A stretch of DNA of 64,000 bases from Isurus oxyrinchus (taxonomy: Eukaryota): contig JANJGN010000013.1 in assembly GCA_026770705.1 (NCBI GenBank), positions 41,726,001-41,790,000 of the forward strand. Direction: 5' to 3'. The notes beneath the pieces were generated by a model, which saw nothing but the letters and a program-made list of their open reading frames with translations, was not told where the DNA came from and did no database searches. Position numbers and translations under genes: made by a program. The first letter of the stretch is position 1. Every line of letters begins with the position of its first letter. Below, piece after piece: positions 1-13,411 of the stretch.

Positions 1-279
1 GCCCATTCTGTGATCTCAGACCAGTGTTTCTTGTACACTATTTGAGTTTTCCCCTAACTATTTTCTATTTAGTATTTTGCCTTTTTCCCCTTACACCTCT
101 ATGAAACACCTTGAACCATCTTTCAACATTAAAGACGCAATGCAAATGGAAGTTGTGGCTGTACCTGTATTCCATTGATCAGGTGAAATTTGTGTCGGCA
201 GCTCATTGTCATGAGTCAGATATACAGCCAGCACTACTCACCCCAATCATTAGTTGTTTATCTGTTTGGTAGGATGAGA

Positions 280-730
280 AATCAGGCTTCACTGACGCCA
301 CTTAAAGTCAGCCAACACCTCTTAAAGAGGAAGTGTACTCTGGCTACACAGAGAATGCTTGCAAGGAGAAAAATAACTACACGATGTACAGAGAAGGCAC
401 CTAGATTCTCTGATGCAGCACTGGGAGTAGGAAGGTGCAGACAACATTCCAAACAACACCTCACCTGTCAAAGTGAAGAAAAGGTCAATGTTAAGCGCTT
501 ATCTCCAGAACATGACTGCAATGCCGAAAGTAAATCAATGACACCCTCACATCTGCAGCCTCACAACTCACAACTCTCCCCTCCCAGACCTTCCTCCACT
601 CTCATACAATCACTGCATCATCCTTCACTCCACCTCCACCTATTCACACACTCTATTCTTCTTATTCTCAACTATATTGCAACCCCTACTTCCTCATACC
701 TCACGCCTTCTACCCAAACTATTCCATTAT
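280..730 (+). mobile_element. Degenerate Harbinger remnant (start of a Myb/SANT-like ORF)
   Basis: Translates EKAPRFSDAAL, resembling the N-terminus of Harbinger Myb-like proteins (cf. AAPWFND in the gene starting at 17046); followed by a C/T-rich intron-like tract. Confidence 0.4.
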
Positions 731-1334
731 GACAGGGATATTATCTAAATGCCTCACAAGAATGCTTTGGATCCTTGGTTTGGGATTGCATGCACCCTCC
801 ACCACCCCTCCCCCATCCCTACCCCTCACTCACCCCCTCCCCCCCACCCAACCAGTCATATTCCCAATTGAAACTAGCAGAAAGTGGCAGGCGGCCAATG
901 GGTGAGAGCATAACACCCAGCAGAAAATAGCCAATGTTGGGACTGATGGAGTGGTTATTATAATCAGATAAATTGATCAGGAGGTAGGGATCCCTGGGCA
1001 AAGGAGGTATAAGTTTTCCTTGTGGGATCCAGAAAAGGAAAGTAAAAAATAATTTAATAAAAGTCTTAACCTTTTGGGCCTTTTCTGGCATTGACTCCTC
1101 CTACTGGCTGGTCGGGTAGGAAAGCCACAAACGCTCCCCTGCTCAGGCCCTTGGTTTGTGGTAATATTTTATTCTGTCATTTGTGCTTGTGGCAAGGAAA
1201 TGTGCTCAAGTTTGGTTTGGGTTAGGGTGAGGAGATTGAGGGAACTTGTTTGTTGAAGAGATGGCAATTTAAATTACAAATACATGTTTGTGCATAATTG
1301 GCTAAGGAGGGAAAACATCAAGAAAAGTCATTCT

Positions 1335-1530
1335 GATTCTCTTGGAGCTCAGCTGGTGAAGACGAGGAATAGCTTAACCAGACAGACCAGGAAACCCTCA
1401 GTTCCATCCATGTCCTCTGATGAGTTAAGTGATATCTGTGGAGGTAGCAGTAAGCATGCTACAGTTAGGGAGGGGAAAATAGGCATGGTTGGTGCTCCTG
1501 ATCACTGTCTAGTCAACCCTGCTGCAGTTC
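1335..1530 (+). mobile_element. tRNA-derived SINE, AmnSINE2-like
   Basis: A-box-like GAGCTCAGCTGG, then CAGACCAGGAA...GAGTTAAGTGAT...TAGGGAGGGGAAAA...GCTCCTGATCACTGTCTAGTCAACCCTGCTG, matching my recollection of the AmnSINE2 body; related copy at 40440-40670. Confidence 0.45.
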
Positions 1531-1532
1531 AT

Positions 1533-2995
1533 ATTTTTTGACTGATTCACTCAAGGAATGTGGGCATCACTGGCTAAGCCAGCATTTATTGTCCATCCCT
1601 AATTGCCCTTGAGAAGGTGGTGGTAGGCTGCCTCTTGAACCGCTGCAGTCCATGTGGTGTAGGTACACACAGTGCCATTAGGAAGGAAGTTCCAGGATTT
1701 TGACCCAGCGACAGTGAAGGAACAGCGATATATTTCCAAGTCAGGATATGTGGGGCTTGGAGGGTACTTGCACGTGTTGGCGTCCCATGCATCTGCTGCC
1801 CTTGTCCTTCTAGGTGCTAGAGATCGCTGGTTTGAAAGGTGCTGTCTAAGGAGCCTTGGTGAGTTGCTGTAGCCCATCATTTATGTGGAACACACTGCTG
1901 GCACTGTGCATCAGTGGTGGAGTGAGTGAATGTTGAAGGTTGTAGATGGGGTGCCAATCAAGCAGGCTTCTTTATCCTGGATGGTTTCAAGCTTCTTGAG
2001 TGTTGGAGCTGCACTCATCTAGGCAAGTGGAGAATATTCCACTCCTGACTTTTTTTTTAATTTCTGGAAAGTGGGCATCGCTTGCAACATTTGCTGCCCA
2101 TCCCTAATTGCCCTTAAATGAAGAAGCTTCCTCAACCTTTCAAAGGGCAGTTAAGAGTCAACCACATTGCTGTGGGTTTGGAGCCACATGTAGGCCAGCA
2201 GGTAAGGATGGCAGATTTCCTTCCCTGAAGGACCATTGTGAACCAGAATAGTGAACCAGATTGATTTTTACAACAATTGTTGATAGTTGTCATGTTCGCC
2301 ATTACTGAGACTAGATTTATACTCCAGATTCATGAATTGAACTTAAATGCCACCAGGTGGGATTTGAACCCATATCCCCAGAGCATTAGCCTGGGACTCT
2401 GAGTTACTAGTCAAGTGACATTACCACTACATCACCATCCTCCCAAGGCTTGTGTCTTATAAGTGGTGGAAAAGCTTTGGGGAGTCAGGGCATGAGTTAC
2501 TTGCTGCAGAATTCTCAGCCTCTGACCTGCTCCTGTAGCCAGGATATTTATATAGTCCAGTGCAGTTTCTGGTCAATGAAAACCCTCAAGATGTTGATAG
2601 CAGAGGATTCAGCGATGGTAATGCCATTAAATGTCAAGGAGCGATTGTTAGATTCTCTCTTGTTGGATATGGTCATTGCCTAGCACTTGTGTGGCGCTAA
2701 TGTTAATTCCCTCTTATCAGCCCAAGTCTGAATATTGTCCAGGTCTTGCTGCATATGAACATAGACTGCTTCAGTATCTGAGGAGTCACGAATGGTGAAC
2801 ATTGTGCAATCATTTGTGATGATCCCCACATCTGACCTTTTGATGGAGGGAAGGTCATTGATGAAGCAGCTGAAGATGGTTGGGCTTTGGGCACTACCCT
2901 GAGGAACTCCTACAGTGATGTCCTGGAACGGAGATGATTGACTTCCAACAACCACAATCATCTTCCTTTGTGCTAGGTATGACTCCAACCAGCAT
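1533..2995 (-). mobile_element. 5'-truncated CR1-clade LINE (family B), interrupted by a SINE
   Basis: RT motifs GVPQGS..PTIFSCFINDLP and QQDLDNIQTWADK (ORF 2680-2988); 3' tail GGGCAATTAGGGATGGACAATAAATGCTGG recurs through the window. Confidence 0.85.
2050..2444 (-). mobile_element. tRNA-derived SINE, MetaSINE-like, with family-B LINE tail
   Basis: Minus strand: A box TGGTGATGTAGTGG, B box GGTTCAAATCC, central AGGGAAGGAAATCTGCCATCCTTACC...CACAGCAATGTGGTTGACTCTTAACTGCCC, tail GGGCAATTAGGGATGGGCAG, poly-A. Confidence 0.75.
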
Positions 2996-3004
2996 TGTCA
3001 GGAG

Positions 3005-4020
3005 AGCCAGACCATGATAAACAAGCTTTAAAAAAATTGTTCTTTATTACTTTGAAAATCTTTCATTTGGAATGGAGAGAATGAGGCTGCACAATTGTAG
3101 AATTACTTTCTCAGAGCCAGAAAGGTTGTTCAGCAGTAATTGCAACTTGCACCTGTCCCATCGTCGGTGCATCTTGGGTGCCTACTACAAGAGATAAAAT
3201 GAAGTGCATGCTAGCTGTGGTCAAAGCTGGCCGCTTAAAACAGCTGCTCAAGATTCCTTTACAACAGGCTTGGCTTTACTTCATCCTACTTTTATTTCAT
3301 GGGGTATTCCAGATCATGACTTTGGTCTAGAACACTTCATTGGTCTCTACTTTCGCCGCTTCATTCAACTCAACTTGTTCTGCAGGCACCAAGTTAGTTT
3401 GTTGCAGAGGTGAACAGGATTCTGGAAAATGGCACCACCCCACTGCACGTCCTTTCCATAATTCAGGCTTTCAGGGGTAGAATAAGGGGCAATTCCTTGC
3501 TCCTTCTCCCACCCGTGTCGAGCAGAGACCTAATATTACTAAGTCCCACTCCATTTCCCAATCTGTCTTTGTCTACCCATATTATTCCCAGCCACAGCCT
3601 AGGGCCAAGGGCATTCACCACTAATTCTTTCGGAAGGAGAGAGAGGTGAAAATTAGCAGAAATAATTGAAGGAGGGAACAAATTTAATGTAGCAAAAGTC
3701 ACCCAAAATTATAGTTGATAACTCCATCTCAATCAGTTATATTATTCCTTTTTTTACAACTTAGAGAAAAAGGTTGAATATACCCCTCACAATAATATTG
3801 AAGCTCACTTAGACTAAAGAGAGGTGAATAACATGAAACAGGAAAGACTATGATTGAAAACCGGTAAGCAATAAATCCTCATGTTTATAAGAACCATCAC
3901 TGAAAAGTATTGGATACCATGATTGCTCCCAAAGTAAGGCTTATCACCAGGGGATGTTAATATGAACCACTTTGTATCAAGCTTAAGGAGAAACTAGACA
4001 GATTATAAAGGAACAAATTC
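3005..4020. repeat. Unclassified direct repeat, copy 1 (copy 2 at 6715-7480)
   Basis: 3005-3135 aligns with 6715-6852, and 3619-4020 with 7073-7480, by eye. Confidence 0.8.
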
Positions 4021-6019
4021 TTCCACCCCTTCATTATAATCTTTAACTCTACATGGCTATCTCCATATAATCAGTCTGCTAAAATAGCAGAATGCCTATT
4101 ATTTCTTTCTCCCTCTTTTGGGTATCATACCTGTGCAAACTATACCAAACACATAACTGCTTTTATGTGATGATTGTATCCGTTCTTCACTGTACACATT
4201 AAAAAGGCCTCCTGTTTTTATAAATTGAAGTGTACAATTAATATCAGTAAAGCTTGATTTGACAACAAAATTGTTCTAAATTAATACTGGAACAAAACTA
4301 AAAGATATGAATTAAACCCCAGTTTTACTACGACACAAAACTGTAATCAAAGATTGAATAAAAAAAAAAGTGATTTAAGGATAAACGAACCATTTTGAAA
4401 TGGAAGTCTGTTGTGATTTTTCAAAATGGGAGTTTCTTTCTACCCTAAAACATTTGGTAAAACATTAATCAGAAAAATGAGCCAAACCCCAGATGATTGA
4501 GCAATTACAGTCTTCTTTGAAATCTTATTATTTTCTTATGCACATGATAGAAATTTTCCTGCAATTTTCAAACTAAAATACATTAGTTTAATAAAGCAGG
4601 AAATTGAGTTTTTCCCTTTATGTGGCAGTGACTGAAGAACCAAACTGTGCATTGTTTTTGTTCAAAGTTTATTTTGTTATTTTAATGAGAACATTGCCTA
4701 GTTTAAAAAATATGTATTCTGAAATGTCACATTGGGATAATAAATCGTACAACAGTGACATTCAAGAACGTCTTGTCCCTGCCATTAGTTAATGCCAGTG
4801 AACAGAGCATTTACCAAATTGCATTTGATGACAGTTATAATGACTTCCAGGTCACTGTGATCAGATAATGGTTAGGGATTGTCAAATAATTTCTCCTCAG
4901 TCTAGCAGCACCTTCAACAACCCACAAAGTCGTATGACTAACATTCAATGTCACTGTTGTTTCTGGACATTTATTTTCCTTTTTATAATGATGCATATGG
5001 CTTAAATATTGCTCCTGAAAAGCATTTAGTTCCCATATCAGAATAAAAAGATAAAACTACTTTGAAAGATCGTCCAAGATCTTGTAAGACATAGCAAACT
5101 AAATCTTACAATCAGGCAAATAGGACGGTAAATTATTTATTACAAGGCATGGAAGAATTCTAGAAGATTTCAGGATCAGATATACACCAAGAGGTGCCAG
5201 TTAGGTTAGCGAGCATTTCTGCCTCTATTGAAGCTCCTTGCCAGCAGAAATCTAGGACCAGATTTTCCCCTCCCAATGCTGAGCAAAAACACATTGGGAG
5301 AACCAAACAGAAAGGGTGCAAGGCTGTAAATTTAAAATTACCAGGCTATTCCTGCCACTTTTCCAGGTCAGAAAATATGGCCAGACGCGACTTGACATGC
5401 TACTGAAATGACGTTGGTTTCACTATTTAAATGCTTGCTTCAAATCTAATTTCCCTTAGGTTGCTATTTTTGTTGAGTTAGGTGGATTTCTGAAGGCTGT
5501 GGCAAGCATGCAAGGTGCATCAATTTGTGAACCTTGGGGCAAGCCTGTTATGCAATTGTAAATTTTTTGATTGGTAAGTTTAAACTCTTGCCAACTTAAA
5601 CGGTCATAATTAAATGCTGTTTGAAAAGTTAAAAATGCTATTAATGCAATGATTAATCAGAGGGCTCTGTTCTTAAAAGGTAACAGGCTATTAAATTGAT
5701 CAGCATTGTGTAAGGTTTCAGATGTCTTAGGGTACTTTATCCGCTGGATAAAGTCCTCTTCTGCATTCTACAGTGTAGAGACTCAGAGATTAATGTATGT
5801 AGGGGGGCCTGTGGTTTTATTTTCACATTGGTTCAATAATGACATCTGCCGTGCCTTTGAAGCACTCTTCCTGTATCTACTAGGTACAGAACCAATGAGC
5901 CATATAATTACATTGACAAGTCTTTAAAATGCCCATAAAATAAAAAAAAATCAGCTATTCAAAATTCCCGTTGGAAAAAATGTCCCATCTTGCAACCTCC
6001 TAAAACTTTCAATCAAACA

Positions 6020-6215
6020 TGGCCAATGTCCCATCCCCCTCTACCAGCTTACATTTCACCTCATTTCTCTATTTCCTTCGTTCTGATGAAGAGTCATACG
6101 GGCTCAAAACGTCAACTGTATTACTCTTTGCAGATGCTGTCAGACCTGCCGAGTTTTTCCAGGTATTTTTGTTTTTGTTTCAGATTTCCAACATCCGCAA
6201 TATTTTGCTTTTATA
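6020..6215 (+). mobile_element. Penelope-like terminal fragment with degenerate hammerhead motif
   Basis: CTGATGA-A-GAGTC-atacg-GGCTC-aAAACGTC at 6083-6113, then CAGACCTGCCGAGTTTTTCCAG; same family as 44317-44517. Confidence 0.65.
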
Positions 6216-6714
6216 TTATGGCCAGTGAAAGTCGCACTGAAAAAATCTTTAATTCACATTAAAAAATCTCCTAATCTTGCCAAAATAAATAAACAGGCAT
6301 TGAAAAACTACTTCAAAGATAGATAAACTTATTACAAGTTCATAAAACTATTATTCAAATAAAGCTAGCAGATTCCTTCAAGTTGTGTAAATAATCCTCT
6401 AAAGGGGAGTTCAGCCAGGCATTCATAACAAGACCAACTGCAAAACAGATGAGTGGCCATCTGTTCAGCCTTCTGTGTTGATACAGTTGCCACTTGCTCC
6501 AATGAAACCTTTAAAAACCGACCTGATGTCATAAAAGGTGGTGCACCCTCTCAGCTGCTCATCTTTGCCATTGCTTTCTGTGGATGGCTGCGCTGAAGCA
6601 TTGCTGGTGCAATCAGGGCAGGAAAATCTGGCTGCAAGGAAACCGAAAGGTAGGGTTGCAACTATTTTCACAGCAGTAGCAATATCCTCAGCATCACCAC
6701 TGACCAGAAGATCT

Positions 6715-7480
6715 GAACTATGATAAACAAACTTTAAAAATAAATAAAAATTGTTTTTATTATTTTAAAAATATTTGATCAGGAATGGAGGGAATAAGGT
6801 TCCACATACTTGTAGAATTAGTTTCTCAGAACCAGAGAGGCTGTTCAGAAGTTGTGACTTAGTATACTGCTAAAAACTCAGTTATTCCTCACTCCAACAA
6901 CACTTAACATTATCAATAATTTCTTGGCCAAAATAGTCTATAAAAAGCTAAAGTTCATGTCAGATCTCCTAACTCTGCATTGATTGCATCTATGAAGACT
7001 GCAACTGCGCACCCTGCAGAGAAACCTGGTAAGAATGACAGCAACCTTCACATTTCTGTGCTTAATTTTTTGCACTAATTCTTTCAGAAGAAGATAGAGG
7101 TGAAAATTAACAGAAATAATTGAAAGAGGGAACAAATTCAATGTGGCAAAAGGCACCCTTAATTATAGCTCATAACTCCATGTCAATCAGTTATATTACT
7201 CATTTATTTACAACTTAGAAAGGTTGAGCATACCCCTCACAATAATATTGATGTTCACTTAGAATAAAGAGAGGCGAACAACATGAAACAGGAAAGAATC
7301 TATGATTGAAAACGGGTATGCAATAAATCCTTGTGTTTGTAAGAACCATCACGGGATCAATTCTTATAGCATTGGTTATCATGATTTCTCCCAAAGTAAG
7401 GCTTAACACCAGAGGATATTAACATGAACAACTTTGTATCAAGCTTAAGGAGAAACTAAACAGAATTATAAAGGAATAAA
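6715..7480. repeat. Unclassified direct repeat, copy 2
   Basis: See 3005-4020. Confidence 0.8.
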
Positions 7481-7718
7481 TTACTTCACTCAAAGAGTCA
7501 TGAATCTTTGGAATTCTCTATTCCAGAGGGTTGTGGATGCTTCATCGTTGAACACATTTAAGGCTGGGATAGACAGCCTTTTGGTCTCTCAGTGAATGAA
7601 GGTATATGAGGAGCAGGTTGGAAAGTGGAGCTGAAGCCCAAAATCAGCCATGATAGCATTTAATGGCACAGGAAGCACGAGGGCCATATGGTCCACTCCC
7701 AATCCTAGTTCTTGTGTT
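7478..7718 (+). mobile_element. CR1 LINE 3' end fragment
   Basis: NYFTQRVMNLWNSL C-terminus and a 3' UTR shared with the other CR1 copies. Confidence 0.8.
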
Positions 7719-8544
7719 GTTGCATTTAATGTTGTAAAACTCCCTAAAGCTGGGGGGTAGGGGGAGGTGATGGAACAGGAAGATGGAATTGGTAAGGAGC
7801 TGGGAGACATTATCAGAGGCAAGAATGAGGAAACTTTGAGAAACCAAAGGGCCAAAGCTCACAATGATTGATAAGCAATGAGGCTAAAACTAGTTAGATA
7901 AAAGTCGAGGCAAATCAAACACAGTGATTAAACAAGATGATTGAATTTTAAGACCTGCACATTGTATTCTACATGTATATAGGGGTCCAAGATAAATTCT
8001 TTAACTACAAGAAAAATACTAATATACTTTCTAAATTTAGTGATTGGAGTGATGAACAAGAGATCTTTTATACTTACCATTCTTGGGATCAGAGAACATG
8101 ATTCATGTTGGGAATAATCACTTTGTGTTTACTAAATAATCTGTTCAAAATTGTAAACATCCTTTGATTATGATGGCACACTAGACAAAATCAATAGTAT
8201 TATCATTAAGACACACATATTAGCATTAGCTGGCAAAATTAAGACAAGTTAAAAAAAAGCCTCAAAACATGCTGCTCTTTGTAAATGATCATTTCATAAT
8301 TTATGCACTTATGAATCACAAAAGATTTACCCAATATATTTGGAAAATGTAGCTTTTGCGTATATTTTAGACTTGCAACAACTTATGAATCATCTCATTT
8401 TTGTGCCTGGTATTTCATCAGTAAAGAGGACTGTGGTCTTCAGTTAGCTCATCTTATACAGTGTCTGCTCTAAAATGATTGATGATCATCACCTCAAATT
8501 ACAGAAATAAGCCATTGCAGATTTTTGGCATTTGAATGGAACCA

Positions 8545-8945
8545 TGAACAGTCTAATTGATTGGCACCCCTGCCACTGGACAGTACAACCACCTCCACTA
8601 ATGCCAGCACACTGTGGTTGAAATATGTGCTGCCTACATAGTGTAGTGCAGTAACTTGCTAAAGTTACTTTGACAATGTCTCTTACTCCCTAGACCTCTA
8701 AGACTGAGAAGGGCAAAAATAGTAATATCACAGGGTTGTCAACCCCTCCAAACCACATACCATGTTGACATGGTCTTCTTGCAACCGCTATTTTTTCTTT
8801 GGGAGTTTGTGGGAGAGGCTAATATCCTGGAATCCCCTGCCTATTACCATTATTGGAGCTGCAGCATTGCAAGGACTGCTGCAGTACAAGGTGGAAGCCC
8901 ACCACCACCCTGTCAGGGTAACTATGGATGCGCAGCACATGTGGT
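8545..8945 (+). mobile_element. Highly degenerate family-B LINE 3' fragment
   Basis: TCCTGGAATCCCCTGCCT...GGACTGCTGCAGTACAAGGTGGAAGCCCACCACCACC resembles the reverse complement of 1590-1720. Confidence 0.55.
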
Positions 8946-9193
8946 TCTGAACAAAAATATCTAAATATGCTACTTTGCAGATTTTCAGCTTTGCTGTGCC
9001 ACTGTATTGAGTCCTGGACTGAAACTCAGCTTCTCCTGGTACATAAGACATAAGAGCAGAAGTAGGCCATTCAGCGCATCAAGTCTGCTCCACCATTCAA
9101 TGAGATCATGGCTCATCTGATAATCCTCAACTCCGTATTCCTGCCTTTTCCCCAAAGCCCTTGATTCCCTTACAGGTTAAAAATCTGTCCATC

Positions 9194-12100
9194 TCAGCTT
9201 TGAATATACTTAACGACCCAGCCTCTACAGCCCTCGCTAGTAAAGCATTCCACAGATTCACTACCCTCTGAGAGAAGAAATTCCTGCTCACTTGTCTTAA
9301 ACGGATGACCGCTTACTCTGAGATTATGCCTTCTGGTCCTAGACTCTCCCACAAGGGGAAACAACTTCTCAGCATCTACCCTGTGAAGCTCCTTAAGAAT
9401 CTTATATGTTTCAAAAAGGTCACCTCTCATTCTTCTAACTCCAATGAGTACAGGCCCAACCTACTCAACCTCTCTTAAGAAAATCCCTCCATACCCAGGG
9501 TCAACATAGTGAACTTTCTCTGGACTGCCTCCAATGCCAGTATATATTTCCTTAGATAAACCAACCAAAACTGTTGACAGTACTCTAGGTATGGTCTAAC
9601 TAGAGCCTAGCATAGTTTTAGTAAGACTTCCCTATTTTTATACTCCATTCCATTTGAAAGAAAGGCCAACATTCCATTTGCCCTCCCTATTACCTGCTGT
9701 ACACTAGCTTTTTGTGATTCATGCACGAGGACCCCAAAATCCCTCTGTGCTGCAGCTTTCTGAAGTCTTTCTCAATTTAAAAAATAATCAGCTCCTCTAT
9801 TCCTGCTAAAGTGCATAATCTCACATTTTCCAACATTATATTCCATCTGTCAAGTTTTTGCCCATTCACTTAAACTGTCTATATCCCTCTACAGACTCTG
9901 GGGAGAATTTTCACAGAGCTGCCTCAGGGAGATTATTTTGATAATGAAGAATTGAAATAAAGAAAAAAAAATATTCAGACATGTCACCTCATGTGACAGT
10001 GTCACATGAGCTGGGATGTGTCAAAGAATCTTAATAAAAATTTTTATTCAATTTACAAAGCCTTCATGAAACCTAATCCCACCCGTGGTTGAGGTTTCGT
10101 GATAAATGCGAAGGCAGCTTGGGCTCTTCGCCTGCTTGCCAACCTTAAGGTTGGATGGACAACCTAGATAACCAGCTTAATTAGATTATTAACAGCCTTA
10201 ATAGGCCTTTGACAGTTTGGTGGGCTGCAGCTGACTCCGGTGTAAGCCCGTCGAACTGAAGATCGGAATGACATGCAGTGACGTTGCCGGGCATCATTTT
10301 ACGCACAGCAAGCAGGGCCCATCCCTGCACACCAACCAGAAGATTCAGGCCTTTGTGTCATCCTCACCACCTATCTTTGTATCATCCGCAAACTTGGCGA
10401 TAGTACATTCACTTCCCTCAAAGTCAATAACATATATTGTAAGTAATTGTGGTCCCAGCACTATTAACTGTGGCACTCCACTAGTTACAAGTTGCCATCT
10501 TGAAAATGCCCCCCTTATCCCAACTCTCTGCCTTCTAATACTTAGCCAATCCCCTATTCATGCTAATATAGAACTCCCAACACCATGGGCTTTTATCTTA
10601 TTAAGTAGCCTTACGTATCGTACCATATCAAATACTTTTTGGAAATCCAAATATATTACATATTCCCCTTTATCCATTCTGCTTGTTACCTCCTCAAAGA
10701 AGTCTAATAAATTTGTCAGGCATGATTTCCCATTCATGAAGCCATGCTGTCTCTGATTATATTATGCATTTCTAAATGATCTGCTATTACATCCTTTATA
10801 ATAGACTCCAACATTTTTCCAATGACAGATGTTAAGCTAACTGGCCTATAGTTACCTGCTTTTTGTCTCCCTCCCTTTTTGAATAAGAGTGTTACATTGG
10901 CAGTTTCCCAAGCTTCTGGGACTTTTCCAGAGTCTAAGGATTCTTGGAAGATTACTACCAGTGCATCCACTATTTCTGTAGCTACTTTCTTTAATATCCT
11001 AGGATGCAACCCATCAGGTCTAGCGGACTTATCAGCCTTTAGCCCCGTTAGTTTCCCCAGTACTTTTTCTCTAGTGATAGTTATTGTATTTATTTCTTCC
11101 CCTCCTTTTGATTATTTAGTATTTTTGGAATGCTATTAGTGTCTTCTATCGTGAAGACTGATGCAAAGTATTTATTCAAATCCTCTGCCATTTCCTGGTT
11201 CCTCATTATTATTTCCCCAGCCTCATTCTCTAAGAGGCCTACGTTCACTTTGGCCTCTCTCTTCCTTTTTATATATTTAAAGAAGCTCTTACTGTCTGTT
11301 TTTATATTACTTGCTAGATTACCCTCAAAGTTTATTTTCTCCCTCTTTATTATTTTTTGGTTCATCTTTTGTTGGTTTTTAGAACTTTCCCAATCCTCTG
11401 GCTTACCACTAATCTTTGCCACATTGTATGTTTTTTTCTTTCAATTTGATACTATCCTTAACCTCCTTGGTTAACCATTACTGGTTTATCCCCTTCTGAG
11501 AATCCTTCTTCCTCACTGGGATATATCTTTGTTATGAGTCATGAACTATTTTCTTAAATGCCTATTGTTCATCAACCATCTTTTCTGCTAAACTCCTTTC
11601 CCAGTCCACTCCAATCAACTCTGTCCTTATTCTTTTGTAATTACCCTTATTTAAGTTTAGCACAGTTGTTCCTGACACAAGTTTCTCACTCTCAAACTGA
11701 ATGCTAAGTTCTACCATGTTATGGTCACTGTTTCCTAGGAGATCTTTTACTCAGATTATGTATTAAACCTACCTCATTGCACATTACCAGATCCAAAATA
11801 GCCTGATCCCTGGTTGGATCCACAACATATTGTTCTAGGAAACTGTCCCAAAACACTCTATGAATTCTTGTTCATGGCTACTTCTGCCAATTTGATTTTC
11901 CCAATCTACATGAAGATTAAAGTCACTCATGTTTAATGTACTGCCTTTTTTACATGCCCTCATTATCTGCTGATTTATTCTCTGTCCTACAATATAGCTA
12001 CTGTGAGGGGACCTATAGACTACTTCCCTCTGTTATTTCTTAACTCCACCCATTTGGATTCTACATCTTCTGATCCAAGATCATTTCTTGCTATTGTACT

Positions 12101-12450
12101 TGTTCTATCTCGTACTAACAAAGCTACTCCACCATCCTGTCCTTCTTACCTGTCCTTTCGAAAAGTCACATGCCCCTGAATGTTTAGTTCCTAGCTTTGA
12201 TCTCCTTGTAACCATGTTTCTGCAATGGATATAAGATCATACCCATTAACCTCTATTTGTGCCATTAATTCATTTATTTTGTTCCGAATACTATGTACAT
12301 ATAAGTAAAGAGCCACTTATTTTGCCTTTTTACCATTTTTTCTCCTTTGACCCTATTTGCTGCTTTTTTTTTAATGTTTGTACACTCTGTCCCTTCCTGT
12401 CACACTCTGGGTATCATTACCCAAATAGCTGCTCTGCAATGCTGTCATAT
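9194..12450 (-). pseudogene. CR1 ORF2 (endonuclease + RT), disrupted
   Basis: ORF fragments 9194-9430, 10734-11009, 11090-11422, separated by stops and frameshifts. Confidence 0.85.
9900..10351. mobile_element. Non-autonomous Harbinger-type element inserted in CR1 RT
   Basis: Imperfect TIRs GGGGAGAATTTT / AAGATTCAGGCC; flanks TCT/TTT; CR1 sequence resumes on both sides. Confidence 0.65.
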
Positions 12451-12499
12451 CCTTTTGCTTTGTTAGCCTATGTATTCCCTCTACAGGGCCCTCCCTATT

Positions 12500-13411
12500 T
12501 AGTTTAAAGCCCTCACTACAGCCCTAGTTATTCGATTCGCCAGGACAGTGGACCCAGCACGGTTCAAGTGAAGCCCATGCCACTGGAACAGCTCCCTTCT
12601 ACCCCAGTACTGGTGCCAGTGCCCTATGAACTGAAACCCATTCCTCCCACACCAATCTTTGAGCCACACATTTAATTCCTTGACTTTATCTACCCTTTGC
12701 CAGTTTGCCCATGGTTCAGGTAGTAATCCCGAGATTATTACCTTGGAGGTTCTGCTTTTAATTTAGCTCCTAACTGTTCAAATTCTTTCAGCAGAAACTC
12801 CTTTCTAGTCCTATCAATGTCGTTGGTATCAATGTGGATGACAACAACTGGGCCCCCTCCTCCACCCCACTCCAAGTTCCTTTCCAGCCCTCAGGAACCG
12901 GCCAAGCAACACAGCCTTTAGGACTCATACTCATGGCTGCAGAGAACAGTATCCATCCCCCTAATTATACTGTCCCCTACCACGACTGTGTTCCTTCCCC
13001 CATTTGAATGGCTCCCTGTACCACAATGCCGTGCTCAGTTTGCTCATCCTCCCTGCAGTCCCCGCTCTCATCCACACAGCCTTGTAACTGTTGGACAATT
13101 GCGGAAGCTCAGGTTCCTCAAATGCTATCCCCTGTGTCCCCATACCTGCCTCACCTGCAGTCACACCCTCCTGTCCCCGATCACAGATCAGATTTGAACT
13201 ACCTAACCTGACGGGTATGACTGCCTCCTGCAGCAAAATGTCCAGGTAATCTTCCCCCTTTTCTGATGTGGTGCAATGGATGCAGCTCAGACTCCAGCTC
13301 CTCAACTCTGATCCGAAGTTCCTTGAGCTGCAAACACTTACTACAGATGTGTTCACTCTGGATCGCTTTGGTGTCCAGCAGCTCACACATGCTGCAGCAG
13401 CAACACATCAC
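12500..13411 (-). pseudogene. CR1 ORF1 (zinc finger/leucine zipper + SGNH esterase), disrupted
   Basis: CCCCSMCE...HICSKCLQLKELRIRVEELESEL (13199-13411); VVVGDSIIRG near 12960-12990. Confidence 0.8.

Noticed and set aside
8078-8180. Minus-strand coding exon ending at a GTAAGT donor
   Set aside because: All three frames contain stops; no recognisable protein
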